This document shows positions 16,691 through 25,900 of a stretch of 64,000 nt of DNA, one piece after another. Under the pieces are notes generated by a model. It was not told where the DNA came from, ran no database searches, and saw nothing but the letters and a program-made list of their open reading frames with translations. Origin of the DNA: a virus; the IMG/VR virus record IMGVR_UViG_3300001450_000023, positions 1-64,000 of that record; one strand, written 5' to 3'. The position numbers and the translations under genes were made by a program. The first letter of the stretch is position 1. The number at the start of each line of letters is the position of its first letter.

Positions 16691-17774
16691 AACTTCAAGA
16701 AAAATAGAAATGGATTACAGGCTTGATGAGGCTGTATCTCAGTCTAAGTTAAAATATCTTTTAAGAGGTGTTTCAATATATAATACTGTTGAAGAAGATG
16801 ATTCTGATGAATACTATTCTGAGAAAGCACATTTTATTATAGGATCTGCAGTAGATACTTTGATAACTATGGGTGAAGATACATTCAAAAAAGAATATTA
16901 TATTTCTCAACTTGAAAAAAAGCCAGGTAAAACAATAATGTCAATTATTGTAGAAACATTTGATTTTCAGATGGCAGCTTCTCATGGTAATTTAGATTAT
17001 GAATCTTTTACTTCTGACAGAGTAAAAAGATCTATCATGATGGCTGTAAATAATCATCAATGGCAAAAAAGATGGAATGATGATACTAGGTATAATAAAA
17101 TTATATCTTTAGGGCAAGAATATTGGGATTCTCTAATAGATGCACAGGGTAAAAAAGTTTTAAGCAATGAACAGTATATAACTGTTATTCATGTGTACCA
17201 GTCATTAATGGCTAGTCCATTTACTGCTCACTATTTTGAAGATGCAGAACATTTAGAGTTGTATTTCCAGTTACCAGTATATTTTCAATATAATGGTGTA
17301 AGCTGTAAAGGTTTATTAGATCTTGTTATTGTAGATCATGCTAAGGGGAAGATATATCCTATAGATATTAAAACTATGGGAGATTATACTATTAGATTCC
17401 CTTATTCTTTTTATAAAAGAAGGTATGATTTTCAAGCAGCATTTTATACACAAGGATTGATGAATTCTAATTTCAACAAATGGTGTTATGACATTGAAAA
17501 CTTTAAGTTTATAGTAGAATCTACTATAAATCCAGGCACTCCTTTAGTGTTTACTTGTACTCATGAATTACTTCTGAAGAAAGGTAAATTTGGAATTCCT
17601 GATAAAAGAGTTGGAGATGTTGTAATAAGAGGTTGTAGAGGATTTCATCAAGCTATTGAAATATACAAGTGGCATTTGAAAAATGGTTTTGAATTAGATA
17701 GAATAGTTTCTATTAATGAAGGTAACTTATTATTGGGCATAGAAGGAATAATAGATGAAAATACAAGTAAATAA
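16680..17774 (+). CDS. PD-(D/E)XK exonuclease (RecE/ExoVIII, DUF3799-like)
   Basis: VSQSKLK, FIIGSAVD, CKGLLD, IDIKT, YDFQAAFY. Confidence 0.85.
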   Translation: MIVRTSRKIEMDYRLDEAVSQSKLKYLLRGVSIYNTVEEDDSDEYYSEKAHFIIGSAVDTLITMGEDTFKKEYYISQLEKKPGKTIMSIIVETFDFQMAASHGNLDYESFTSDRVKRSIMMAVNNHQWQKRWNDDTRYNKIISLGQEYWDSLIDAQGKKVLSNEQYITVIHVYQSLMASPFTAHYFEDAEHLELYFQLPVYFQYNGVSCKGLLDLVIVDHAKGKIYPIDIKTMGDYTIRFPYSFYKRRYDFQAAFYTQGLMNSNFNKWCYDIENFKFIVESTINPGTPLVFTCTHELLLKKGKFGIPDKRVGDVVIRGCRGFHQAIEIYKWHLKNGFELDRIVSINEGNLLLGIEGIIDENTSK

Positions 17775-18324
17775 TATTTATATGAATAAAACATGGAAAT
17801 ATTTATTTCCCATGTTAAAAGATTACAATGATGATGTGTTAATGGCTTTATTAAATTCATTGCACATCTCAGCAACAGGTATTGGAGATTTTCTCATAGA
17901 GAAAAATTTAGAACAGCATATTTTTATACTTATAAATCAAAGAAGTAATCCAAGACTATTTAGTAATTTAATTAATTACATAATAGATAAAGATTTTTTT
18001 GAAGATGACTATGTATTTGATAATATAGCAACAGGTTGTTTACATATGGTAATTTTAAAGTTACCTAAAAATGTTGTGCCTACTTTTTTTGATGGAAGAT
18101 ATTCTCATTTATATACTTATACAGAAAGAAAGAAGTTTTTTAGGAGAGAAGATAAAGCTTATAGTGTTATTAACAAACATTATAACTATAAACTTGAATT
18201 TATAAATCAACTGAAAGAAGAATTTGGAACTGTATTAGAAATAGATGAGATAGGAAATAGAGAATTAGATTTGCCTCCAAAGAAAGAAGAAGAAATATTT
18301 AATTATAAGAAAGAGCCTGAGTAG
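17755..18324 (+). CDS. Hypothetical protein
   Basis: 189-aa ORF coupled to the exonuclease; NKTWKYLFP...FFDGRYSHLY. Confidence 0.75.
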   Translation: MKIQVNNIYMNKTWKYLFPMLKDYNDDVLMALLNSLHISATGIGDFLIEKNLEQHIFILINQRSNPRLFSNLINYIIDKDFFEDDYVFDNIATGCLHMVILKLPKNVVPTFFDGRYSHLYTYTERKKFFRREDKAYSVINKHYNYKLEFINQLKEEFGTVLEIDEIGNRELDLPPKKEEEIFNYKKEPE

Positions 18325-18334
18325 GCTCTTTCTT
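18308..18334 (+). terminator. Hairpin terminator
   Basis: aagaaagagcct-gagt-aggctctttctt. Confidence 0.6.
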
Positions 18335-18357
18335 AACAATAATACAAATAAACAATT

Positions 18358-18807
18358 ATGAAAGCTATTAATAAAAGTACATGTTTAAAACAAGAAATAA
18401 AAATTTCTGTAGATAAATTTGATAATGAAAATAATATTATCAATTCTTCAGAAGATATTTGTGATTATTTTAGAAATATCATTCCTGTAGATATTAATAC
18501 ACAGGAATGTTTTATTATTATTTATTTAGATAAGAAAAGTGATGTTATAGGTTATAATGTAAATTCAATAGGTGGAATTGATCAATCAATTGTTGATGTA
18601 AGATTAATTTTTGCTGTTGCATTAAAATGTTTAGCAAGTGCTATAATATGTATTCACAATCATCCATCAGGTAATTTAAAACCTAGTAAAAGTGATGTTC
18701 AAGTAGAAAAACAAATTAAGAAAATTGCTGATTATCATAGCATTTCTTGTCTTGATTTTTTAATTGTAACAGAAAATGGGGATTACTCTTTTGAAGCAAA
18801 TAAATAA
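18358..18807 (+). CDS. radC: RadC-like JAB domain protein
   Basis: QECFIIIYLD...GGIDQSIVDVRLIF..AL...ASAIICIHNHPSGNLKPSKSD...LDFLIV. Confidence 0.9.
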   Translation: MKAINKSTCLKQEIKISVDKFDNENNIINSSEDICDYFRNIIPVDINTQECFIIIYLDKKSDVIGYNVNSIGGIDQSIVDVRLIFAVALKCLASAIICIHNHPSGNLKPSKSDVQVEKQIKKIADYHSISCLDFLIVTENGDYSFEANK

Positions 18808-18809
18808 TT

Positions 18810-18959
18810 ATGAATAAAAAAGAATGGAAAAGAATTTATAACACTATGGTTGAATGTAAACTGAAAGGTGCTTTTATTTCTCCTAAAGGATTAATATATA
18901 AGACTCATCAAAAAGATTCAGTTTATTATTCAATCAAACAAATAAAAAACAAATTATGA
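18810..18959 (+). CDS. Small hypothetical protein (49 aa, not in ORF track)
   Basis: MNKKEWKRIY...IKNKL; fills the gap and has an ATGA overlap with the next gene. Confidence 0.6.
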   Translation: MNKKEWKRIYNTMVECKLKGAFISPKGLIYKTHQKDSVYYSIKQIKNKL

Positions 18960-19288
18960 ATAACCTATTTGGAAAGTATCATTGTTTAAAAAATAAAATA
19001 AATAAAAATACTGGGTATGAAAATTGTTTATACAAACCAACAGTAGAAGAAAGATATTATATATATGGAATAATGAAAAAAAATGGCCATCACAATAATA
19101 TTTGGACTTTGCTAAAAGATGGTGATAAATTAACAGTTACACCAGGTTATAATGTATCTGCTACAAGAGTAGGACATTTTGTAACTTTAGAAAATAGAAA
19201 AAAGATATTAGATGAAAATAATGAATTTGAACTAACAGTTGATGAAAATATGATTTCTTTAATTTCAGATGAAACACTTAATAAATAA
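18956..19288 (+). CDS. Hypothetical protein
   Basis: 110-aa ORF. Confidence 0.7.
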   Translation: MNNLFGKYHCLKNKINKNTGYENCLYKPTVEERYYIYGIMKKNGHHNNIWTLLKDGDKLTVTPGYNVSATRVGHFVTLENRKKILDENNEFELTVDENMISLISDETLNK

Positions 19289-19291
19289 GAT

Positions 19292-19510
19292 ATGGGAAAA
19301 ATGAAAAAAATATTTATGGAAAAAAGAGAAAAAGAATTAGAAGAAGATTTTCTTAAAGATCAATATAAATCTAATATATTATTTACTAGTACTGAGCATG
19401 ATATATTAATAAATTTGATTGATAAAAAAATAAAAGAACTTTATGCATACCCTATGCTTTTATCTGAATTAGAGAATCTTAAAATAAAAATAAATTTAAA
19501 TACAAAATAA
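19292..19510 (+). CDS. Hypothetical protein
   Basis: 72-aa ORF starting MGKMKKIFME. Confidence 0.7.
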   Translation: MGKMKKIFMEKREKELEEDFLKDQYKSNILFTSTEHDILINLIDKKIKELYAYPMLLSELENLKIKINLNTK

Positions 19511-19589
19511 CTTTTTATTATTATTTTATTTACCTATATTAGTAAAAGGTAAATAAAAGTTTTAAATTTTGTATAATAAGTTTTGATTT

Positions 19590-19621
19590 AAAAGGGTAGA
19601 TTTTATCTACCCTTTTTTTTT
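19590..19621 (+). terminator. Intrinsic terminator
   Basis: aaaagggtaga-tttta-tctacccttttttttt. Confidence 0.75.
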
Positions 19622-19676
19622 ATACTATTTCTAATATAACTGATAATGAAAGTATAATTAATTACTAATTAACTTT

Positions 19677-19702
19677 AAAGGTGCTAATAGCACCTTTTTT
19701 TT
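19677..19702 (+). terminator. Intrinsic terminator
   Basis: aaaggtgcta-a-tagcacctttttttt. Confidence 0.65.
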
Positions 19703-19714
19703 AAATTAAAAATA

Positions 19715-19891
19715 ATGTCAGGTAAAAAAAAGAAAATATATATATTTACTAAAATAGTAAAGAGATCAAATTCAGAATACACAATATCTTTACAGAAAAA
19801 ATTTAAAGATGTTACTGAAGCAATTTCTTATGCTAAAGATAATAATTATACTATCATTGATAATGTAGGTAAGGTTATTAATAAAAATTGA
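19715..19891 (+). CDS. Small hypothetical protein (58 aa, not in ORF track)
   Basis: MSGKKKKIYIFTKIVKRSN...VINKN; fills the gap before 19896. Confidence 0.6.
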   Translation: MSGKKKKIYIFTKIVKRSNSEYTISLQKKFKDVTEAISYAKDNNYTIIDNVGKVINKN

Positions 19892-19895
19892 GAAT

Positions 19896-20078
19896 ATGGA
19901 AAACAATGAAAACAATATAAAAATTGCAGAATCATGGGATGAACTAATTCCTGTATTAAAGAAGTGTTTAAAAGGTAAAAAAGAAAATATTTTTGCTGAT
20001 GCTTTAAATACAATGAATAAAAAAATAGTTCATAAAGCAATAATAGATTTTATGAAAACTGAAAAACTGAAAATATGA
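19896..20078 (+). CDS. Small hypothetical protein
   Basis: 60-aa ORF with SWDELIPVLKK; ATGA-coupled to the next gene. Confidence 0.65.
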   Translation: MENNENNIKIAESWDELIPVLKKCLKGKKENIFADALNTMNKKIVHKAIIDFMKTEKLKI

Positions 20079-20326
20079 GTAAAGAAGAAATAATAACTAA
20101 GATATGGGTAAATAATAACTGGAAAAATGTAGACCCAAATAAACCTCCTATTAGTTCTAGAGAACTAGATTCTTTTCTATTTTATAACAATGCTCCAAAA
20201 TGTTTTATGAAAACTAATGGTTATTGGTTTAAAATTAAAAAAGATGCTACTTTAATAAAAGTAGGTAGAGTTTTATATACATTATCATTACAAGATTGGT
20301 TAAAAATTTCATTAAAAAATGAGTAA
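20075..20326 (+). CDS. Hypothetical protein
   Basis: 83-aa ORF. Confidence 0.65.
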   Translation: MSKEEIITKIWVNNNWKNVDPNKPPISSRELDSFLFYNNAPKCFMKTNGYWFKIKKDATLIKVGRVLYTLSLQDWLKISLKNE

Positions 20327-20468
20327 AGAAGAAATAATAAAAGGTTTAATGATAAAATTAGCTGATGAAAATATTAATGTCACAGCTTTAGCTAAAAGAG
20401 TTGGTTATAAAAATTATAAAAAATTTGAAAAAGCTTTAGAAAAAGCATTTGAAATTATTGAAAACTGA
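20319..20468 (+). CDS. Small HTH-like protein (49 aa, not in ORF track)
   Basis: MSKEEIIKGLMIKLADENINVTALAKRVGYKNYKKFEKAL; VTALAKRVGY resembles an HTH. Confidence 0.55.
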   Translation: MSKEEIIKGLMIKLADENINVTALAKRVGYKNYKKFEKALEKAFEIIEN

Positions 20469-20480
20469 AAAACTGTAAAT

Positions 20481-21308
20481 ATGAAAACTGAATTTAATCC
20501 AGGTGATACTATCACTTGGGAAATCAAAAAGAAAAGTAAATTAACAAACCTAATCCTATTAGCATTAATAGGATTATTTATTTATTGGTTTAGTATAGGA
20601 TTTAAAGATAAAAATTATCCAATACTTGATCCATGTGAAACTGTCTATGAAGAAATACCTCAACTAATTTTTGTTGATAAATCTGATACTGTTGTCACTA
20701 AAAAATATGACAATATAGGATTACCAACTTTTAGAAAATGGCTTACAAGTAATGAATGGAAAGGTAAGCATTTAAAAGATTCTTGTTCCAAAATGAAAAA
20801 ATCATTTTCAAATTGGAAAGAAAATCATAAAAGAAGGTTTTTAAAAGAATGGAAAATTTGTGCTATTGAAGAAAGTAAAGTTTCAGGAATTCCTGCTGGC
20901 ATTATAGTGGCACAAGCAATGCTTGAGTCTAATTGGGGAATCTCTAGATTAGCTATAGAAGCTAATAATTTCTTTGGACACAAATACAAAAACAAAAGAA
21001 GCAATAAATATATAATTGCTGCTGATGATTCTCCTACAGATAAATTCACAGTCTATAAAAGTAGGTGGTGGTGTGTCAGAAAACATTCTAATATATTAAA
21101 TGGCAGGTATGCTAAAAGGCTCAAAGGAAAAACACTTGAACATTGGTTAGAGGCCCTTTGTGGGGGAGTTACTGTACAAGAAAGTAAAGATTTTGTCAAA
21201 AGTGGTGGTAAAGTTTATGCTACTAGTTGTATGACTAAACCTTGCTATGCAGAAAAACTTTTAAAAATAATTCTTGATTATAAATTATATAATCAAGAAA
21301 TTATTTAA
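20481..21308 (+). CDS. GH73 glucosaminidase/muramidase (FlgJ-like) with N-terminal TM helix; candidate endolysin
   Basis: LILLALIGLFIYWF TM segment; IVAQAMLESNWG, NNFFGHK, YATS. Confidence 0.85.
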   Translation: MKTEFNPGDTITWEIKKKSKLTNLILLALIGLFIYWFSIGFKDKNYPILDPCETVYEEIPQLIFVDKSDTVVTKKYDNIGLPTFRKWLTSNEWKGKHLKDSCSKMKKSFSNWKENHKRRFLKEWKICAIEESKVSGIPAGIIVAQAMLESNWGISRLAIEANNFFGHKYKNKRSNKYIIAADDSPTDKFTVYKSRWWCVRKHSNILNGRYAKRLKGKTLEHWLEALCGGVTVQESKDFVKSGGKVYATSCMTKPCYAEKLLKIILDYKLYNQEII

Positions 21309-21336
21309 ATTTAAGCTGTAAAAATAAAACACTTTA

Positions 21337-21344
21337 TATATTTG
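21337..21344 (+). promoter_or_regulatory. Candidate Bacteroidota sigma-A -7 element (TAnnTTTG)
   Basis: tatatttg 14 nt upstream of the aaRS-like ATG; a short motif in AT-rich DNA, so weak. Confidence 0.3.
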
Positions 21345-21358
21345 AAAAAAATCTAATT

Positions 21359-22189
21359 ATGAAACAGACAAAAACTTACCATGAAATCACTCAAAAATTG
21401 AGAGATTTTTTTTTATCTAAAGGATTCATTGAAGTGCCTTCTCAAAGTAGAAAATCTATATTAGCTGCTTGTGAGAACCCACATTCTGTAGCAACATTTA
21501 AGTATGATAACTTAGTATGGCCTTTGCCACAAACTGGTCAAATGTGGTTGGAATATGAATTGTTAAAAAATCCTGATTGGAAAGGATGTTTCTGTGTATC
21601 AACTTCTTATAGAGATGAAAAAGAACCAATTCCTGGTAGACATGAAAAGATTTTTCCAATGTTTGAGTTTGAATCAAAAGGTGATTTTGAAGCTTTAAAG
21701 AAGTTAAACATTGAAATGGCAGAGTATTTAGGATTTGATACACCAGTACAAATTGATTATGATGAAACTTGTGAGAAATATGGTGGTGTTGAAATTCTTG
21801 AAGATGAGCATGAATCAAAAATGTGGAAAGAATTAGGACATTCTATATCACTAGAAACTTTCCCTATTAGAACTTCACCATTTTGGAATATGAAATATAT
21901 TGGAGATGGTAAGTTTAACAAATGTGACATTATTCTATTTGGACAAGAAACATTTGGAACAGCAGAAAGAAGTTGTGATGCAAAGGAAATGAGAGACTTC
22001 TTTTATTCTATCATGGAAGGAACTTACTGTGAAAAATTATTTGAACTGTTTGGTAAAGAAAGAGTAGAAGCTGAATTAGAAGAATTTTTAGCTAATGATT
22101 TCTTTCCAAGATTTGGAGGGGGCATTGGTTTAACAAGATTAGGGAGAGCATGGGAAATGCTTTCAGAAATTAAACATGAACTAGTATAA
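21359..22189 (+). CDS. Stand-alone class IIb aminoacyl-tRNA synthetase catalytic-core paralog (Asn synthetase AS-AR / EpmA-like)
   Basis: Motif 1 LRDFFLSKGFIEV, LPQTGQ, motif 2 SYRDE...RH..FPMFEFE, motif 3 GGGIGLTRL; no N-terminal OB anticodon domain. Confidence 0.85.
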   Translation: MKQTKTYHEITQKLRDFFLSKGFIEVPSQSRKSILAACENPHSVATFKYDNLVWPLPQTGQMWLEYELLKNPDWKGCFCVSTSYRDEKEPIPGRHEKIFPMFEFESKGDFEALKKLNIEMAEYLGFDTPVQIDYDETCEKYGGVEILEDEHESKMWKELGHSISLETFPIRTSPFWNMKYIGDGKFNKCDIILFGQETFGTAERSCDAKEMRDFFYSIMEGTYCEKLFELFGKERVEAELEEFLANDFFPRFGGGIGLTRLGRAWEMLSEIKHELV

Positions 22190-22200
22190 AAACTTAAATT

Positions 22201-22341
22201 ATGAAAATAAAAAGATTGTTATTGTTTTTATTAATATTAGCAATCTTTTTGTTATTTTCACATAAGATGTTTTTATATTTTATAATTATATACTTAATTA
22301 TATGGGTTATTATAAATGCCTATAAAACAAACTATAAATAA
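22201..22341 (+). CDS. Small membrane protein (46 aa, not in ORF track)
   Basis: MKIKRLLLFLLILAIFLLFSHKMFLYFIIIYLIIWVIINAYKTNYK; TAATG overlap with dut. Confidence 0.55.
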   Translation: MKIKRLLLFLLILAIFLLFSHKMFLYFIIIYLIIWVIINAYKTNYK

Positions 22342-22844
22342 TGATAATTACAATTAAAAAAGTAATAGACAATATAGAAATACCTAGATATGCAACAGAA
22401 GGTTCAGCAGGGTTTGATCTAAAAGCAATGAGAGTTATTGCTTTATATTCAGGAACTAAAAAAATAGATCTTGCTGAGAAAATGAATAAAACAATAAGTG
22501 AAGGCAAAATTACACTTAGACCTAATGAAAGAGCATTATTTGGAACTGGTTTAGCATTTGAAATACCAGAAGGTTTTCAGATGGAAATCAGAGATAAAAG
22601 TGGAATATCACTTAAAAAAGGCTTAAAAGTCTTTAATGCTCCAGGCACTATTGATAGTGATTATAGAGGAGAAGTTGGAATTATTTTATATAATTCTACT
22701 CCTTATCTTGCTACAGTCAACTTGGGAGAATATATTGCACAAGCTGTAATAACTCCTTATTTTAAAGTTGATTTTGTAGAAGCTGTTAAAACTACTGCTA
22801 CTGAAAGAGGTAGTGGTGGCTATGGCAGTACAGGACTAAAATAA
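22341..22844 (+). CDS. dut: Trimeric dUTPase
   Basis: GSAGFDL, RDKSG, GTIDSDYRGE, IAQAV, RGSGGYGSTG. Confidence 0.96.
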   Translation: MIITIKKVIDNIEIPRYATEGSAGFDLKAMRVIALYSGTKKIDLAEKMNKTISEGKITLRPNERALFGTGLAFEIPEGFQMEIRDKSGISLKKGLKVFNAPGTIDSDYRGEVGIILYNSTPYLATVNLGEYIAQAVITPYFKVDFVEAVKTTATERGSGGYGSTGLK

Positions 22845-22871
22845 TTTCCGTTTTCATATTGTTTTGATTAG

Positions 22872-22906
22872 GGTAAGTAAGTCTTAACAGGCTTACTTAC
22901 TTTTTT
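22872..22906. terminator. Terminator at the convergence of the two transcription arms
   Basis: gtaagtaagt-cttaacag-gcttacttac followed by tttttt, between the dut stop and the 1572-aa gene stop. Confidence 0.75.
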
Positions 22907-22909
22907 CCA

Positions 22910-25900
22910 TTACCTACTAGGATATTTTTTCAAAAGATATGCACTTATTTGATTTTTTATCTTTTTTCTTTCTTGAGCAGTACTTCTTCTATTTTTTCTT
23001 TCTTCAAATTTTGTAATTAGTTTATCAACCAGTTCTCCTTTTTCAGTAGCTCTTTTTTGTTTATTTTCTCTTTTTCTTGTTTGTTCTTCAGTTTCATCAT
23101 AATATTTTAATTTTTTTGAAAAACTTTTTGGATTAAATATTCTTTCTGTTTGACTTCTTAATCCTAAACCAAAGGGTTCTCCTTTAACAACATCTTTAAG
23201 TATTCCTGGAAGAAAAGTTTTACTTATAGCTACTCCAAGTTTACTTTCCCCGCGATATATACCTGTAGTATATATATCATTTCCCATAGACCACTCTGTA
23301 TATGCATCTCCTATTTTTCCAATATCCTTAATAGTTTTCCAAGCTGCAGGAACTGCAGCTTCACCTAAAGCTGTAATATTTGCATTATATTGAGTTATAG
23401 TTTGAAGAGAAGCATCTATTTTATTCATTAAAAGATTATAAGCTTGTCTATCTGGATCATCTTCATCATCATCTTCACCCCAAAATGTAGCATGAACCAT
23501 TATCATCATTGCTATTTTTTGTAATGCTAATGCTAATTCTGTCATATTAGCACTCATATTTTTAGCATCTCTTTCAGTAAAAGTTTCACTTATTCTTGAT
23601 TCATAATTTCTAGAACCAAATTTTGAAACAAGATTTGAATCAACTTTTGCTATTGAAAGTATTCTTTGAATAGGCATTCCAATAGATTTTTGTAATAATA
23701 TCATACTAGAATATGCTAAATCTTGAATGTAACCAAATGGACCACTAAATGCTACTGGTTTTTTTTGTCCATGTTTTTGCATCCACTTATTACTTATAGT
23801 ATTAGTCCATAAAATTGATCCCCCAAGTCCAGCCATTGCTGCTGCACCTACACCTCCTGTCATAAATCCTAAACTACCAAAAAATAAAGCTGATGATGGT
23901 GCTGTAAAACTATGATATCTACCTTTATATCCTTTTATACCTCCTAATAAATTATCTTGAGGTACTGCAAATCTTGAATATAAAGCATTTGGTAACCAAG
24001 TTTTAAACATACTAAATGCTCTACCTATAACATTATCTTTTATAAGCATTCCCCTATTAGTATTATAGTTACCATGTGCTTGGTTAATAGCAGATTCTAC
24101 TCTAGTTTTAAAAGTTCTAAACTCTATGGTATTCATATTTTCCCATGAGTTAATATTATCAGCTGTATTATAAGGAGGTCTTAAATTACCTTTTTCATCC
24201 ATAGCATCCCATACTGATGTTTCATTTTCTCCATTTACATCTGTTATTTTTTGTTCTAATAACATTGAAACAAATACTGGAGATTGAATAACATACTCAG
24301 TTCTCCTATTTAATTCCATTGGATGTAAATTATCTAATATAGTTGAAAATTCAGATACATCAGATGATTTTTGAAGCTCATTAGCTGAATCTTGTAAGAT
24401 ATCAACTTTCTTCATTAATTTTTTTAATTTATTACCATCTTTCCAAAATTGTGGACTTTGAGTGGCAAATGTTCTAGTTACAATACCTTTTGCTCTCCAA
24501 TAATTTGCTTCAGAAAAATAATCACCTTGTGCAGCAAGAATTAAATTAGAAGCTTCTCCTTCAGTATAATTAGTTATAGAAGATGAAACATTCCAACCTA
24601 AATTTTTAGTCCTTATTGCTGAAAGAAGTCCATCTATTGTACTAGTTATTGTCCATTGTCTACCTAATGAATTTATTTTATCTTTATATTCTTTTATTTT
24701 TTTAGGATCTTTTTCATCTGAAACTAATTTTGTAAGAGTTTCTTTTAATCTTTTTTCTTCTTGATTTAGTATTCTGTTAAATGTAGTTTTATCTCCATTT
24801 ATTACTGCTTGTGTTTTTTGTAACCAATTTTTAGCAGATTTTTTATCATCACCAGTAAATTCATCAGTAAGATCAATACTTGCTTCTCTATCAAAATTTA
24901 ATAATACTACCCTATTATACCAATTTTGATATCTTGCTTTTGCATTTTTTCTTTCATCATCACTATTACTTTGTCTACCAGCAACTTTAGTTAATGAAGC
25001 ATCTTTAATAGAATCATAATGAGATTTTAATAAATCTATAATAGGCTTACTATTAACTCTTGATCTATATTTAGCTCCTAATTCAGAATACATTTTTAAT
25101 ACTCTAGGTAAATCAAAAGATTTATTTTCAGCAATTTTGTGTTGAGCTGCTGATTTAAAAAATACTTTAGGTGAAAATGATTCTGGTAATTTTGATTTAA
25201 CTTTACTAAGTTCACCATTAGTTAAATTTAAATTATGTGCTAAAACTTCTAATGCAGTATCTTTTACTGAACTAAGTGCTATTTTTCCTGATGGCAATTT
25301 ATCACCATTTCTTTCATATTCTTTTTTAAATAGCTCATATTCTGCATTTGCTATATTATTTATAGTAGTTAAATTTTGAGATAAAAATGAAGAGTTTACT
25401 TCATAATTAGTTTTACCTGTTATATAATTTATTTTAGCATGATTTATTTGATTTTCTATACCTACTGTAAAAATTTCTCCTAAATTTCGCCACATTGTTG
25501 TAGCACCTTTTAAAAATTTATCAAGAGGTCCAACAGATTCTGCTGTTATTTCATTAAATGCTTTTTTAAATGCAGGTATAGAATTTACATTTAATTTATC
25601 TTGTATTTCAACAGGAAAACCTTCTTTAACTTCTTTAAGAATACTCATCATTTCTGTATAAAAATTATACAAATTTGTATTTCCATCAATTTTGTTAAAA
25701 TTAGCATCATAATAATCAGTTTTATTATCTGTATCTGATACTACATATTTTTTATTTTTTGTAGAAAGTTTTGCAGTATTTTTTCTAGGAATACTAATAT
25801 TATATTCCATTCTAGGTAACATATCTATACCAAAAGTATTACCTACAGAATTTGAATATTCAATTGCAATGAATGGTGAATTTTGTATGAGATATTTATC

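Larger units (their letters stand above)
20053..20484 (+). repeat. Short direct repeats at gene junctions
   Basis: atgagtaaagaagaaataataa at 20075-20096 and 20319-20340; tgaaaactgaaaaactgWaaatatga at 20053-20078 and 20459-20484. Confidence 0.8.
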
